Source of the DNA: Methanocaldococcus sp. 16A
Lineage (GTDB): Archaea > AGJL01 > Methanococci > Methanococcales > Methanocaldococcaceae
DNA: 64,000 nucleotides
Strand: one strand, 5' to 3'
NCBI GenBank assembly: GCA_049860595.1
Contig: CP187551.1
The notes under the pieces were generated by a model. The model was not told where the DNA came from. It saw only the letters and a list, made by a program, of their open reading frames with translations, and ran no database searches. Both the position numbers and the translations under genes were made by a program. Below, in pieces: positions 28,894-38,425 of this stretch. The stretch's first letter is position 1; the number at the start of each line of letters is the position of its first letter.

Positions 28894-31426
28894 ATTAAAA
28901 TCAGACCGATTCGGTATGGAAACACTTATCAGATCATCTGAATAGTCATTAAATCTATTAAAATCAGACCGATTCGGTATGGAAACTAATTCTAGTAGAT
29001 CTTCAATAGAAATATAATTAAAATCAGACCGATTCGGTATGGAAACAACTTATAAATGTACATTCTGAATTGAGAATACAATTAAAATCAGACCGATTCG
29101 GTATGGAAACTGGATTAATTTCGATAGCTTAATTGCTCATTTGAAGATTAAAATCAGACCGATTCGGTATGGAAACCTCAGGAGCTGGCATACCTCTCGC
29201 TGGAGGTAGTGAATTAAAATCAGACCGATTCGGTATGGAAACTTTGTTGACCAGCTGTAAACGCCGTCTCAACCGCAAGTAAAATTAAAATCAGACCGAT
29301 TCGGTATGGAAACACACACGGAGATAAGAAAGGGACTTGTGTAGTATGTATTAAAATCAGACCGATTCGGTATGGAAACTTGAAATTATTAGAGATTTAT
29401 TAGATATTGAGTTTGATTAAAATCAGACCGATTCGGTATGGAAACAACTATACATCTGACTGGGATAGTATATATAAATTACTCACTAATTAAAATCAGA
29501 CCGATTCGGTATGGAAACGTAATCATATAATCTTTTTTAACAGGATTTGGATTTCCTTCATTAAAATCAGACCGATTCGGTATGGAAACTTAAAACTTTT
29601 GAGGTGGGAATATGGCAGAAAATAAGATTAAAATCAGACCGATTCGGTATGGAAACTCAACTATTTTCAGAACAACTTTATCTGAGAAGATATTAAAATC
29701 AGACCGATTCGGTATGGAAACATTGAAAACATAATAGCGTATGATGGTGATAAGGCAATTAAAATCAGACCGATTCGGTATGGAAACACTCACACAGAAA
29801 AACATGTGGAATTATGAGTGTAGATATATTAAAATCAGACCGATTCGGTATGGAAACTTTATAGAGGTATTGGGCAAGCAATAGACCCAATAAATTAAAA
29901 TCAGACCGATTCGGTATGGAAACATTAGAAGAATTGGAGAAGAATTGGGATTGGCTAAAATTAAAATCAGACCGATTCGGTATGGAAACGGATTCTCTGC
30001 AGTTAATGAATGGGGACAGAAAAATTTAGTATTAAAATCAGACCGATTCGGTATGGAAACTATAATTTATTTCTGAATTTAATAACTATTGGAATACCTT
30101 CAATTAAAATCAGACCGATTCGGTATGGAAACATTGCTAATAATGCAATGTAAATATATGCATCCATATTACATTAAAATCAGACCGATTCGGTATGGAA
30201 ACAATTGTGGTTATATTTGGAATAATCATGTTTGCATACATATAATTAAAATCAGACCGATTCGGTATGGAAACTTTGGCTAAATCAGGATATTCTTTTG
30301 GGAATTCTCCTAAAATTAAAATCAGACCGATTCGGTATGGAAACATTGAACTATTAAAAAAAGATGCAGAATTCGAAGGTTTTGAATTAAAATCAGACCG
30401 ATTCGGTATGGAAACTTTTAACTCTTCAACCTTCTTCATGAATGTTTTTTTCTTATCATCATTAAAATCAGACCGATTCGGTATGGAAACCATGGTTGCT
30501 GGCTCGGTTGCTGGGGTAAGGATACAATTTATTAAAATCAGACCGATTCGGTATGGAAACAAATTAGTGGGGTCTTCCCATCCAAGGAGTGCTCCATATT
30601 AAAATCAGACCGATTCGGTATGGAAACTTTTCAGAGTCTTCATCAATGTTTGTTATCAAATTTATTAAAATCAGACCGATTCGGTATGGAAACGTTAAAA
30701 AAGATTATATGATTACAGGGAATGGAGATATTAAAATCAGACCGATTCGGTATGGAAACAAATGTGTGTAGTGAGGAGTTAAGCTTTGTTTTTAAATAAT
30801 TGCAATTAAAATCAGACCGATTCGGTATGGAAACAATATCACTCCTGATTTTAATTCAGACATAAAATACATTAAAATCAGACCGATTCGGTATGGAAAC
30901 ATAATGAAAATAAGAGAAGAAAAGAAAAGAGTTGCATATTAAAATCAGACCGATTCGGTATGGAAACTGAGCTTGGAGTTTTAAACTGTATTTCAACATC
31001 TACATTAAAATCAGACCGATTCGGTATGGAAACACATATAGATGGGCAGAAGGACATTTTTATAAAATATTAAAATCAGACCGATTCGGTATGGAAACGC
31101 TGATATAAACTACTTGTCCGCTTGCTGGTGCTGTATTAAAATCAGACCGATTCGGTATGGAAACCATTGAAATTATTAACACACAAAAGGGGATTCATGA
31201 ATTAAAATCAGACCGATTCGGTATGGAAACAGCACTGCTATGTGTTCAACATTAACCATGTTATCATTAAAATCAGACCGATTCGGTATGGAAACTTCAC
31301 GACTACTGAGAAAGCAAGAAAATTCTACGACATTAAAATCAGACCGATTCGGTATGGAAACGAAAGCTTTTGAAATGATAGCTAAAGCTTTAGAGGATTA
31401 AAATCAGACCGATGCGGTATAGAAAT
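28894..31426 (+). CRISPR. CRISPR array 2: 38 repeats (37 identical, 1 degenerate distal), 37 spacers
   Basis: 30 bp repeat ATTAAAATCAGACCGATTCGGTATGGAAAC; distal copy ATTAAAATCAGACCGATGCGGTATAGAAAT at 31397-31426; spacers 30-45 nt. Confidence 0.98.
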
Positions 31427-31571
31427 CAAATTATACAAATATCCCATAAACAATGATTATTTTTTTATTCAATATTACATTTAATAATTTCTATATATAA
31501 CTCTATAATTAAATAATTTTTTAAATTAAAATTGCATATAAATTAAGGACTAAAATGATATCTGTGAAATT

Positions 31572-33836
31572 ATGGGTACACTAATAATATGTGAAAAGCC
31601 GAGTGTTGCTAAAAAGATAGCAAACGCTTTAGGCAAAGCTAAGAAAAAAAGTATTGATGGAGTTCCATATTATGAATTGGAAAGAGATGGGAAAAAAATT
31701 ATTGTTGCAAGTGCTGTAGGACATCTTTTCACTTTAGTTGAAAAAGAAAATAAAGAATTTGGCACATATCCAGTTTTTGATGTAAAGTGGGCTCCAGCAA
31801 GTGTAGAAAAAGGAAAAGAATATGTAAATAAATACATAAAAGTATTAAAAAAATTATCAAAAGAGGTGGATGAGTTTTATATAGCAACAGATTGGGATAT
31901 TGAAGGAGAGTTAATTGGTTACCATGCTTTAAAATACTGTTGTGGAAGAGAAAAAGCTAAGAGAATGAGGTTCTCATCATTAACAAAAAAAGAGATTATA
32001 AAAGCTTATGAAAATCCTGATGAAATTGATTATGGCTTAGTTGATGCTGGAGAAAGTAGGCATATTGTAGATTGGTATTTTGGTATAAATTTATCAAGGG
32101 CGTTAATGAATGCCATAAGAGCAGTGAATAGATGGAAAACAATGAGTATTGGTAGAGTTCAAGGACCTGCATTAGCTTTTTTAACTGAAAGAGAGTTAGA
32201 AATTAAAAATTTTATACCTAAACCATATTGGGTTATTGAAGCTTTATTAATAGACAATTTAAAAGCTACACATGAGAAAGATAAATTTTGGGATGAAAAA
32301 GAGGCTAAAACTATTTTTGAAAAAATAAAAAATGAAAAATTTGCCAAAGTTGTTGAAATTAAAAAAACTAAAAGAAAATTAAAACCACTCCCTCCTTTTG
32401 ACTTAGGAACTTTACAAAGAGAAGCTTACAGTTATTTTAAAATATCACCAAAGGAAACGCAAGAAATTGCTCAAAATCTTTATGAAAAAGCTTTAATCTC
32501 ATATCCAAGAACATCCAGCCAAAAACTTCCAAAAGATAGGAAGTATTTGGGAGATATTCTAAATATAATAAAAAATCATCCAGTTTATGGAAAATGGGCA
32601 GAGAGGATTTTAGAGGAGAATTTAAAACCTGTTGAAGGAAAAAAAGAAGACCCAGCACATCCTGCAATACACATAGTAGATATTCCAAAAGAAGAGCTTT
32701 CAGAGAAAGAGAAGAAGATTTATAATTTAATTGCAAGAAGAACTTTAGCTGCTTTTTGGGATAATGTAGAGAGAGAATATTTAAATGTAAAAATTGATAT
32801 AAATGGAGAAAAATTTAAGTTATCTGGCTCAAGGACAGTAAAAGAAGGTTGGCATGAAATTTATTACTTCCCAAAATTTGATGAGATTGAATTGCCTCCA
32901 TTAAAGAAAAATGACATAATTAAAGTTGAAAAAATAACAATAACAAGAAAAGAAACTCAACCTCCAAAGAGATATACTGTTGCAAGTATTATTAAGGAAT
33001 TAGAAAAGAGAGGCTTAGGAACAAAGGCTACAAGAGCTGAAATAGTTGATAAACTAATAAAAAGAGGTTATGTTATTGATGAAGGTTCTTTAAAAGTAAC
33101 TGACTTAGGAATTTCAGTAATTGAAACATTAAAAAGATTCTGCCCAGAGATTATTGATGAAAAGATGACGAGGGATTTAGAGGAGAAGTTAGAGAAAATA
33201 CAGTTTAGAAAGATTAAAAAGGATGATGTTTTAGAAGAAGCAGAAAAAAGATTGAGAAAAATATTAGAAGAGTTTAAAAAGAAAGAAGAAGATATTGGAA
33301 TCTACCTTATAAAAAACTTAGATGCTACAAACAAAAAAGCAAAAATCGTTGGAAAATGCCCTAAATGTGGAGGAGATTTAATTTTAATAAGGTATAAAAA
33401 AAGTAGGTTTGTTGGATGCTCTAATTATCCAGAATGTGATGTAAAATATTCACTTCCAGATAAAGGTAGAATAAAGATTCCAAACAAAGTTTGTGAAATC
33501 TGCAAAGCTCCTATTTTAAAAATTGGGGATAGGGAAGTTTGTATTAATCCAGAATGTCCATTAAAACATGTTGAGGTTAAAGAAGAAAATAGAAAATGTC
33601 CAAAATGTGGGGCTAATCTGATTTTAAAGAAGGGAGTTTATGGGGCTTTTTATGGATGCTCAAATTATCCAAAGTGCAAATATACAGAACCAATAAATAA
33701 AAAAGAAGTTGTAGGAAAATGCCCTAAATGTGGAGGAGACTTGATTATTAGAGATGGAAAGTTTGGAAAGTTTATTGGTTGCTCCAACTATCCAAAATGC
33801 ACATATACAGAAAACCTAAAATCAAATGAAAAATAA
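31572..33836 (+). CDS. topA: DNA topoisomerase IA with C-terminal Zn ribbons
   Basis: EKPSVA, TDWDIEGE, GRVQGP, ISYPRT (catalytic Tyr), repeated CPKCG...CSNYP.C. Confidence 0.95.
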   Translation: MGTLIICEKPSVAKKIANALGKAKKKSIDGVPYYELERDGKKIIVASAVGHLFTLVEKENKEFGTYPVFDVKWAPASVEKGKEYVNKYIKVLKKLSKEVDEFYIATDWDIEGELIGYHALKYCCGREKAKRMRFSSLTKKEIIKAYENPDEIDYGLVDAGESRHIVDWYFGINLSRALMNAIRAVNRWKTMSIGRVQGPALAFLTERELEIKNFIPKPYWVIEALLIDNLKATHEKDKFWDEKEAKTIFEKIKNEKFAKVVEIKKTKRKLKPLPPFDLGTLQREAYSYFKISPKETQEIAQNLYEKALISYPRTSSQKLPKDRKYLGDILNIIKNHPVYGKWAERILEENLKPVEGKKEDPAHPAIHIVDIPKEELSEKEKKIYNLIARRTLAAFWDNVEREYLNVKIDINGEKFKLSGSRTVKEGWHEIYYFPKFDEIELPPLKKNDIIKVEKITITRKETQPPKRYTVASIIKELEKRGLGTKATRAEIVDKLIKRGYVIDEGSLKVTDLGISVIETLKRFCPEIIDEKMTRDLEEKLEKIQFRKIKKDDVLEEAEKRLRKILEEFKKKEEDIGIYLIKNLDATNKKAKIVGKCPKCGGDLILIRYKKSRFVGCSNYPECDVKYSLPDKGRIKIPNKVCEICKAPILKIGDREVCINPECPLKHVEVKEENRKCPKCGANLILKKGVYGAFYGCSNYPKCKYTEPINKKEVVGKCPKCGGDLIIRDGKFGKFIGCSNYPKCTYTENLKSNEK

Positions 33837-33854
33837 AAATATGGTGAATTAGCC

Positions 33855-35012
33855 ATGACAACAAAGCTATATGTTGATTTTGGAGGATATTCAGCAATAG
33901 AAAAAGGAAATCTAATTATTCCAGGGGAGAATATCTTAAATAAAGAAGATTTTGATAAGATAGAAATTGGAGAAGTCGTAGATATCTACTCAAAGAGAGG
34001 GAAATTTTTAGGAAGAGGTTTTAAAAATCCAAGAGAAATAAGAATAATGACCTTGAGAAAAGAAGATTTAGATGAAAACTACCTAAAAGAAAAAATAATT
34101 AAAGCAAATGAATATAGGTTAAAATTAGGGTTTAAAGATACTTATAGAATGGTTTATACTCAATCTGATTGGTTAAATGGTTTGGTTATTGATAAATACA
34201 ACGACATAGCCACAGTTCAAATATTTAACTACGGTATTGAGAAGATGAAGGATGTTGTTGTTGAAACACTTTTAGATTTAGGGATAGACAGCATATATGA
34301 AAAAAGTTCTGGAAGGAATAGGAAAAGAGCAGGATTGCCAGAGGTTGAGGGGATATTAGCTGGAGAGAAAACAGAAACAATTATTAAAGAAGGAGATGCA
34401 AAATTTAAAGTTACCTTTGATGGACAAAAAACAGGCTTTTTCTTAGATCAAAGGGAAAATAGGTTAGAGGTAGAGAAATTTGTAAAAGAAGGGGATAGAG
34501 TTTTAGATATTTGCTGTTACACTGGAGGATTTTCAGTTCATTGTGCTATAAAAGGGGCTGAGGTCGTTGGAGTAGATTTGTCTAAAAAGGCTTTAAAATT
34601 AGCAGAGGAAAATATGGAACTAAACAATATTCCAAAGAATAAGTATGAGTTTATTGAAGGGAATGCATTTAAGGTTATGGAAGAGTTTATAGAAGATGGA
34701 GAGAAATTTGATATAGTAATTTTAGACCCCCCAGCATTTGCTCAATCAAAAAAAGCATTGAAAGATGCTATTAGAGGATATCACATGCTAAACAGATTTG
34801 GAGCTAAATTGGCTGATAGGTTATTAGTTACATGTTCATGCTCTCAACCTGTGGAACCAGATGCTTTTAAAGCTTTGGTTATAGATGCATGTTTAAAGGC
34901 AAAAAAATGGGCTAAGATTATAAAGTACGGCTCACAAAGTCCAGACCATCCAATAACTTCTAAAGGAACCGAGTATCTAAAATGTCTATTTTTAAGCGTA
35001 GAGGAAATTTAA
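33855..35012 (+). CDS. RlmI-like class I SAM-dependent RNA methyltransferase (PUA domain), paralog 1
   Basis: GQKTGFFLDQRENR, CCYTGGFS, LDPPAF, TCSCS, DHP. Confidence 0.9.
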   Translation: MTTKLYVDFGGYSAIEKGNLIIPGENILNKEDFDKIEIGEVVDIYSKRGKFLGRGFKNPREIRIMTLRKEDLDENYLKEKIIKANEYRLKLGFKDTYRMVYTQSDWLNGLVIDKYNDIATVQIFNYGIEKMKDVVVETLLDLGIDSIYEKSSGRNRKRAGLPEVEGILAGEKTETIIKEGDAKFKVTFDGQKTGFFLDQRENRLEVEKFVKEGDRVLDICCYTGGFSVHCAIKGAEVVGVDLSKKALKLAEENMELNNIPKNKYEFIEGNAFKVMEEFIEDGEKFDIVILDPPAFAQSKKALKDAIRGYHMLNRFGAKLADRLLVTCSCSQPVEPDAFKALVIDACLKAKKWAKIIKYGSQSPDHPITSKGTEYLKCLFLSVEEI

Positions 35013-35027
35013 TTTTTTGGTGAAATT

Positions 35028-35612
35028 ATGAGATATGTTGCTTATAAAATTTATCCAGAAGAGTTTTTAAATAATGAAGTAATTGATAATGCTTTAATTA
35101 TAGAGGGGAGAAAAGTTAGAAGAGTTAGGATTTTAGGAAAAGTTGAAAGTATAAACGTTGGAAATATCATATCTTTTTATGTAGAAGGCGTTAATGTTAG
35201 ATACTTTGAAGAAAAGCCAGTTTATATTGAAGAAGGAGATATAGTAGATGTTATTGGAAGACCAAGAACCTACGATGGAGAAAAATATATTATGGCTGAA
35301 ATTATTAGAAAGAGAGATGAAAGATGGATAAAGCTTAGAGATTTAGAAATTAAAAAGACAAGAAAATACTTATTAAAAAATGCTGAACCATTTGAAGAAG
35401 ATTTAGAGGAAGAGATATACACTGAGATTTTAAATCCTGATGTCATAAAAGATAAAATTTTAGCTCTTATTGATAAATTTGGTGAAATCACATTTGAAGA
35501 ACTCGCTGGAATGGTTAGTATTCCAGAAGAGGATTTAGAAAAGTATTTATCTGAGTTAAAAAACTCTGGAGATATATTTGAACCAAGCTCTGGTGTTTAT
35601 AAAACATTATAA
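35028..35612 (+). CDS. OB-fold nucleic-acid-binding protein with C-terminal winged helix (RPA32-like)
   Basis: RVRILGKV...VDVIGRPRTY OB pattern; C-terminal LSELKNSGDIFEP. Confidence 0.65.
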   Translation: MRYVAYKIYPEEFLNNEVIDNALIIEGRKVRRVRILGKVESINVGNIISFYVEGVNVRYFEEKPVYIEEGDIVDVIGRPRTYDGEKYIMAEIIRKRDERWIKLRDLEIKKTRKYLLKNAEPFEEDLEEEIYTEILNPDVIKDKILALIDKFGEITFEELAGMVSIPEEDLEKYLSELKNSGDIFEPSSGVYKTL

Positions 35613-35627
35613 ATTCCATTTATATTA

Positions 35628-35719
35628 TAGGACTTTCACAGTTTATATAATTAATAAGGAAAAAATGACGCCAAGGGCATTAAATCTACCTTTTAATATT
35701 TATCCCTGCGAAAGTTCTA
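35628..35719. mobile_element. MITE-like element, copy B
   Basis: TIRs TAGGACTTTCACAG / CTGCGAAAGTTCTA; 5 bp direct repeat TATTA on both sides. Confidence 0.85.
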
Positions 35720-35744
35720 TATTAATAAACTTGGAGGTGGAATA

Positions 35745-36296
35745 TTGTTATTAGAAGAAACATTAAAATCATGCCCAATTGTTAAAAGAGGAGAGTATCA
35801 TTATTTTATACACCCAATAAGTGATGGAGTACCAGTTGTTAAACCAGAGTTGTTGAGAGAAGTAGCAACAAGAATAATAAAGATAGGAGACTTTGAAGGA
35901 GCTACCAAATTAGTTACTGCTGAGGCTATGGGAATTCCTTTGGTAACAACTCTCTCGCTATATACAGATATCCCTTATGTAATTATGAGAAAGAGAGAAT
36001 ACAAATTACCAGGAGAAATTCCTGTCTTTCAAACAACTGGTTATAGTAAAGGGCAACTCTATTTAAATGGAATAGAAAAAGGAGATAAGGTTGTTATTAT
36101 AGATGATGTTATCTCAACTGGAGGTACAATGATAGCTGTAATTGAAGCATTAAAAAGAGCTGGAGCTGAAATAAAAGACATTATCTGTGTTATTGAAAGA
36201 GGAGAAGGAAAGAAGATAGTTGAGGAAAAAACAGGATATAAAATTAAAACCTTAGTTAAAATTGATGTTGTTGATGGAAAAGTTGTAATTTTGTAA
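35745..36296 (+). CDS. hpt: hypoxanthine/guanine phosphoribosyltransferase
   Basis: [31 protein letters not shown] motif. Confidence 0.9.
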   Translation: MLLEETLKSCPIVKRGEYHYFIHPISDGVPVVKPELLREVATRIIKIGDFEGATKLVTAEAMGIPLVTTLSLYTDIPYVIMRKREYKLPGEIPVFQTTGYSKGQLYLNGIEKGDKVVIIDDVISTGGTMIAVIEALKRAGAEIKDIICVIERGEGKKIVEEKTGYKIKTLVKIDVVDGKVVIL

Positions 36297-36318
36297 TTAA
36301 TTTAATGACGGTGGTTGA

Positions 36319-36942
36319 ATGGACATAAGAGAAATTAAACCAACAAAAATTATCTGTGTTGGTTTAAACTACATAGACCATGCAAAAGAGCTAAATATGG
36401 AAATTCCTGAACATCCAATAATATTTTTAAAACCTACTTCTGCAATCATTTATAATGAAGACTACATCATAAAACCAAAAATCTCTAAGAGAGTTGATTA
36501 TGAAGTTGAATTAGCTATTGTTATAGGAAAAAAAGGAAAGAATATTAAAAAAGAAGAAGCTGATGATTATATAATGGGATACACAATTTTAAATGATGTA
36601 ACAGCAAGAGATTTACAGCAGAAAGATGGGCAATGGACAAGGGCTAAATCATTCGATACATTTTGCCCAATAGGACCAAAAATAGTTAAAGACATAGACC
36701 CAATGAACTTAGATATTGAGTGTAGAGTTAATAATAAAGTAAGACAAAAATCAAATACAAAAAATATGATTTTTGATGTTTATGAGTTGGTTGAATTTAT
36801 CTCTTCAATAATGACACTATATCCTGGAGATATTATTTCAACTGGTACACCTCCAGGTGTAGGTGAATTGAAGGCTGGAGATGTTGTAGAATGTGAGATT
36901 GAAGGTATTGGAATTTTAAGAAATTATGTTAAAGATGAATAA
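36319..36942 (+). CDS. fumarylacetoacetate hydrolase family protein
   Basis: [36 protein letters not shown]. Confidence 0.9.
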   Translation: MDIREIKPTKIICVGLNYIDHAKELNMEIPEHPIIFLKPTSAIIYNEDYIIKPKISKRVDYEVELAIVIGKKGKNIKKEEADDYIMGYTILNDVTARDLQQKDGQWTRAKSFDTFCPIGPKIVKDIDPMNLDIECRVNNKVRQKSNTKNMIFDVYELVEFISSIMTLYPGDIISTGTPPGVGELKAGDVVECEIEGIGILRNYVKDE

Positions 36943-37029
36943 AGTTGTGTGCAAAAGCTACTTATTTTCAAAAATTTTCTATTTTTTTATTTATTTTTGT
37001 TTTACAAAATAATTTAATGGTGATGTCCA

Positions 37030-38028
37030 TTGTTCTCTATTCCACATCCAGGAAATTTTGAATCATTAAAAATTATTGTAGATGAGATTAATAAACATAG
37101 AAGAATAAATAAAAAACTAAAAAAGGAAAGTTTTGAGGTTTATATGGGATTTCCAGAGTTTATAGGAACTGGAAGAGCAACTTTATACAAACCAAATTTC
37201 GAAGATTTAGCTAAGCAAGTTAATTATGCAAAGAAAAACAACATCAGATTTGAGGTAGTTATAAACGCTTCCTGCATTGGTGGAATACACTTAACACCAA
37301 AAGGCATCAGTTATATAAATTGGATATTTAACCAATTAAAAAACATAGGTGTTGATAGTGTTGCCTTATCAGACCCTTATTTAATTGATTTAGCCAAAAG
37401 TAATGGATTGGATGTTAATGTCTCATGTATTGCCTTAGTTGATAGTTTAGATAAAGCACTATTTTGGGATGAAAAAGAGGTTTATGCAATAACCTTAGAC
37501 AGCTCAATAAATAGACACTTTGATATAATACATGAGATTAAAGAGAATGTTAGCTGTAAGTTAAAAATTTTAGTTAATGAATCCTGCTTATACAAATGCC
37601 CTATGAGGATTCAGCATTTTAATTTCTTTTCTCATGCAAATACTCAAAATGTTCCTGCTTTGGATGATTATTATTATAACAAATGCATAAATCTAAGAAT
37701 TAAGAAAAAAGAGTTAATAATAAAAAGTCCTTTCATAAGACCAGAGGATTTGAAATATTATAGAGGTTTAGTTGATATATTCAAAATTTCTGGAAGAAGT
37801 CATCCAATTGGATGGATAAAGAGAGCTCTAAATGCTTATTTAAATGAAAAATGGGATGGAAATTTAATGGAGTTATTGGATTGCCCAAGAGAGTTGGAGC
37901 ATTTTTATTATTTAGATAATAGAGCTTTAGATGGAGCTATAGAATATTGGAAATCATGCAATAAATTATGTAGTAAATGCAATTTCTGTAAAGAGTTGGC
38001 AGAGAAAGCCTTAAAGGTGAAAACTTGA
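37030..38028 (+). CDS. peptidase U32-family Fe-S protein
   Basis: NESCLYKCP, YYYNKC, FIRPEDL, FKISGR, C-terminal C...C..C..C. Confidence 0.75.
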   Translation: MFSIPHPGNFESLKIIVDEINKHRRINKKLKKESFEVYMGFPEFIGTGRATLYKPNFEDLAKQVNYAKKNNIRFEVVINASCIGGIHLTPKGISYINWIFNQLKNIGVDSVALSDPYLIDLAKSNGLDVNVSCIALVDSLDKALFWDEKEVYAITLDSSINRHFDIIHEIKENVSCKLKILVNESCLYKCPMRIQHFNFFSHANTQNVPALDDYYYNKCINLRIKKKELIIKSPFIRPEDLKYYRGLVDIFKISGRSHPIGWIKRALNAYLNEKWDGNLMELLDCPRELEHFYYLDNRALDGAIEYWKSCNKLCSKCNFCKELAEKALKVKT

Positions 38029-38384
38029 AAAATAAAATTTTAAAGGATAGAGAAGATATTGAGAAGTTTTTTATAAAGCTTTTAGGTAGAGAAATCTTTA
38101 TTTCAGAAATGGATGTTTTTGCTTCAAGATGCTCTTGTGTAGGGATAATGATAACTGTTAGGGGGCTTTTTATTGATGATGTTGAAATATTTAAAGAAAA
38201 GATTTTAAATAAATTGGAGGAGTTAGCTAAAAATTATGATATAAATGCTGATTGGATATTTGTTAGAGTGTTGCCAGGAAGTGATGATGTAATAAATATT
38301 GGAATTAGAGAGCTTTGTAATATTTGTAAGGAAGAGTATAAATTCAAAAAGCCAAGACCTGATTTAATTAGCTTAAAATTTTAG
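38025..38384 (+). CDS. small conserved hypothetical protein
   Basis: 119 aa ORF overlapping the upstream stop by 4 nt; CSC and CNIC motifs. Confidence 0.6.
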   Translation: MKNKILKDREDIEKFFIKLLGREIFISEMDVFASRCSCVGIMITVRGLFIDDVEIFKEKILNKLEELAKNYDINADWIFVRVLPGSDDVINIGIRELCNICKEEYKFKKPRPDLISLKF

Positions 38385-38425
38385 ATTTAAGAGATTTTGT
38401 ATAACCAAAATTAAGGGATGATAAA

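Noticed and set aside
29590-30771. Several short ORFs in array 2
   Set aside because: Translations of repeats and spacers.
8759-31426. Self-targeting spacers within the window
   Set aside because: Only ~10-12 nt matches found by eye (e.g. ATCTCGTCAG near 22774), which is chance level. A proper search was not possible.
33345-33810. Repeated GGAAAATGCCCTAAATGTGGAGGAGA in topA
   Set aside because: Explained by tandem Zn-ribbon domains of topoisomerase IA.
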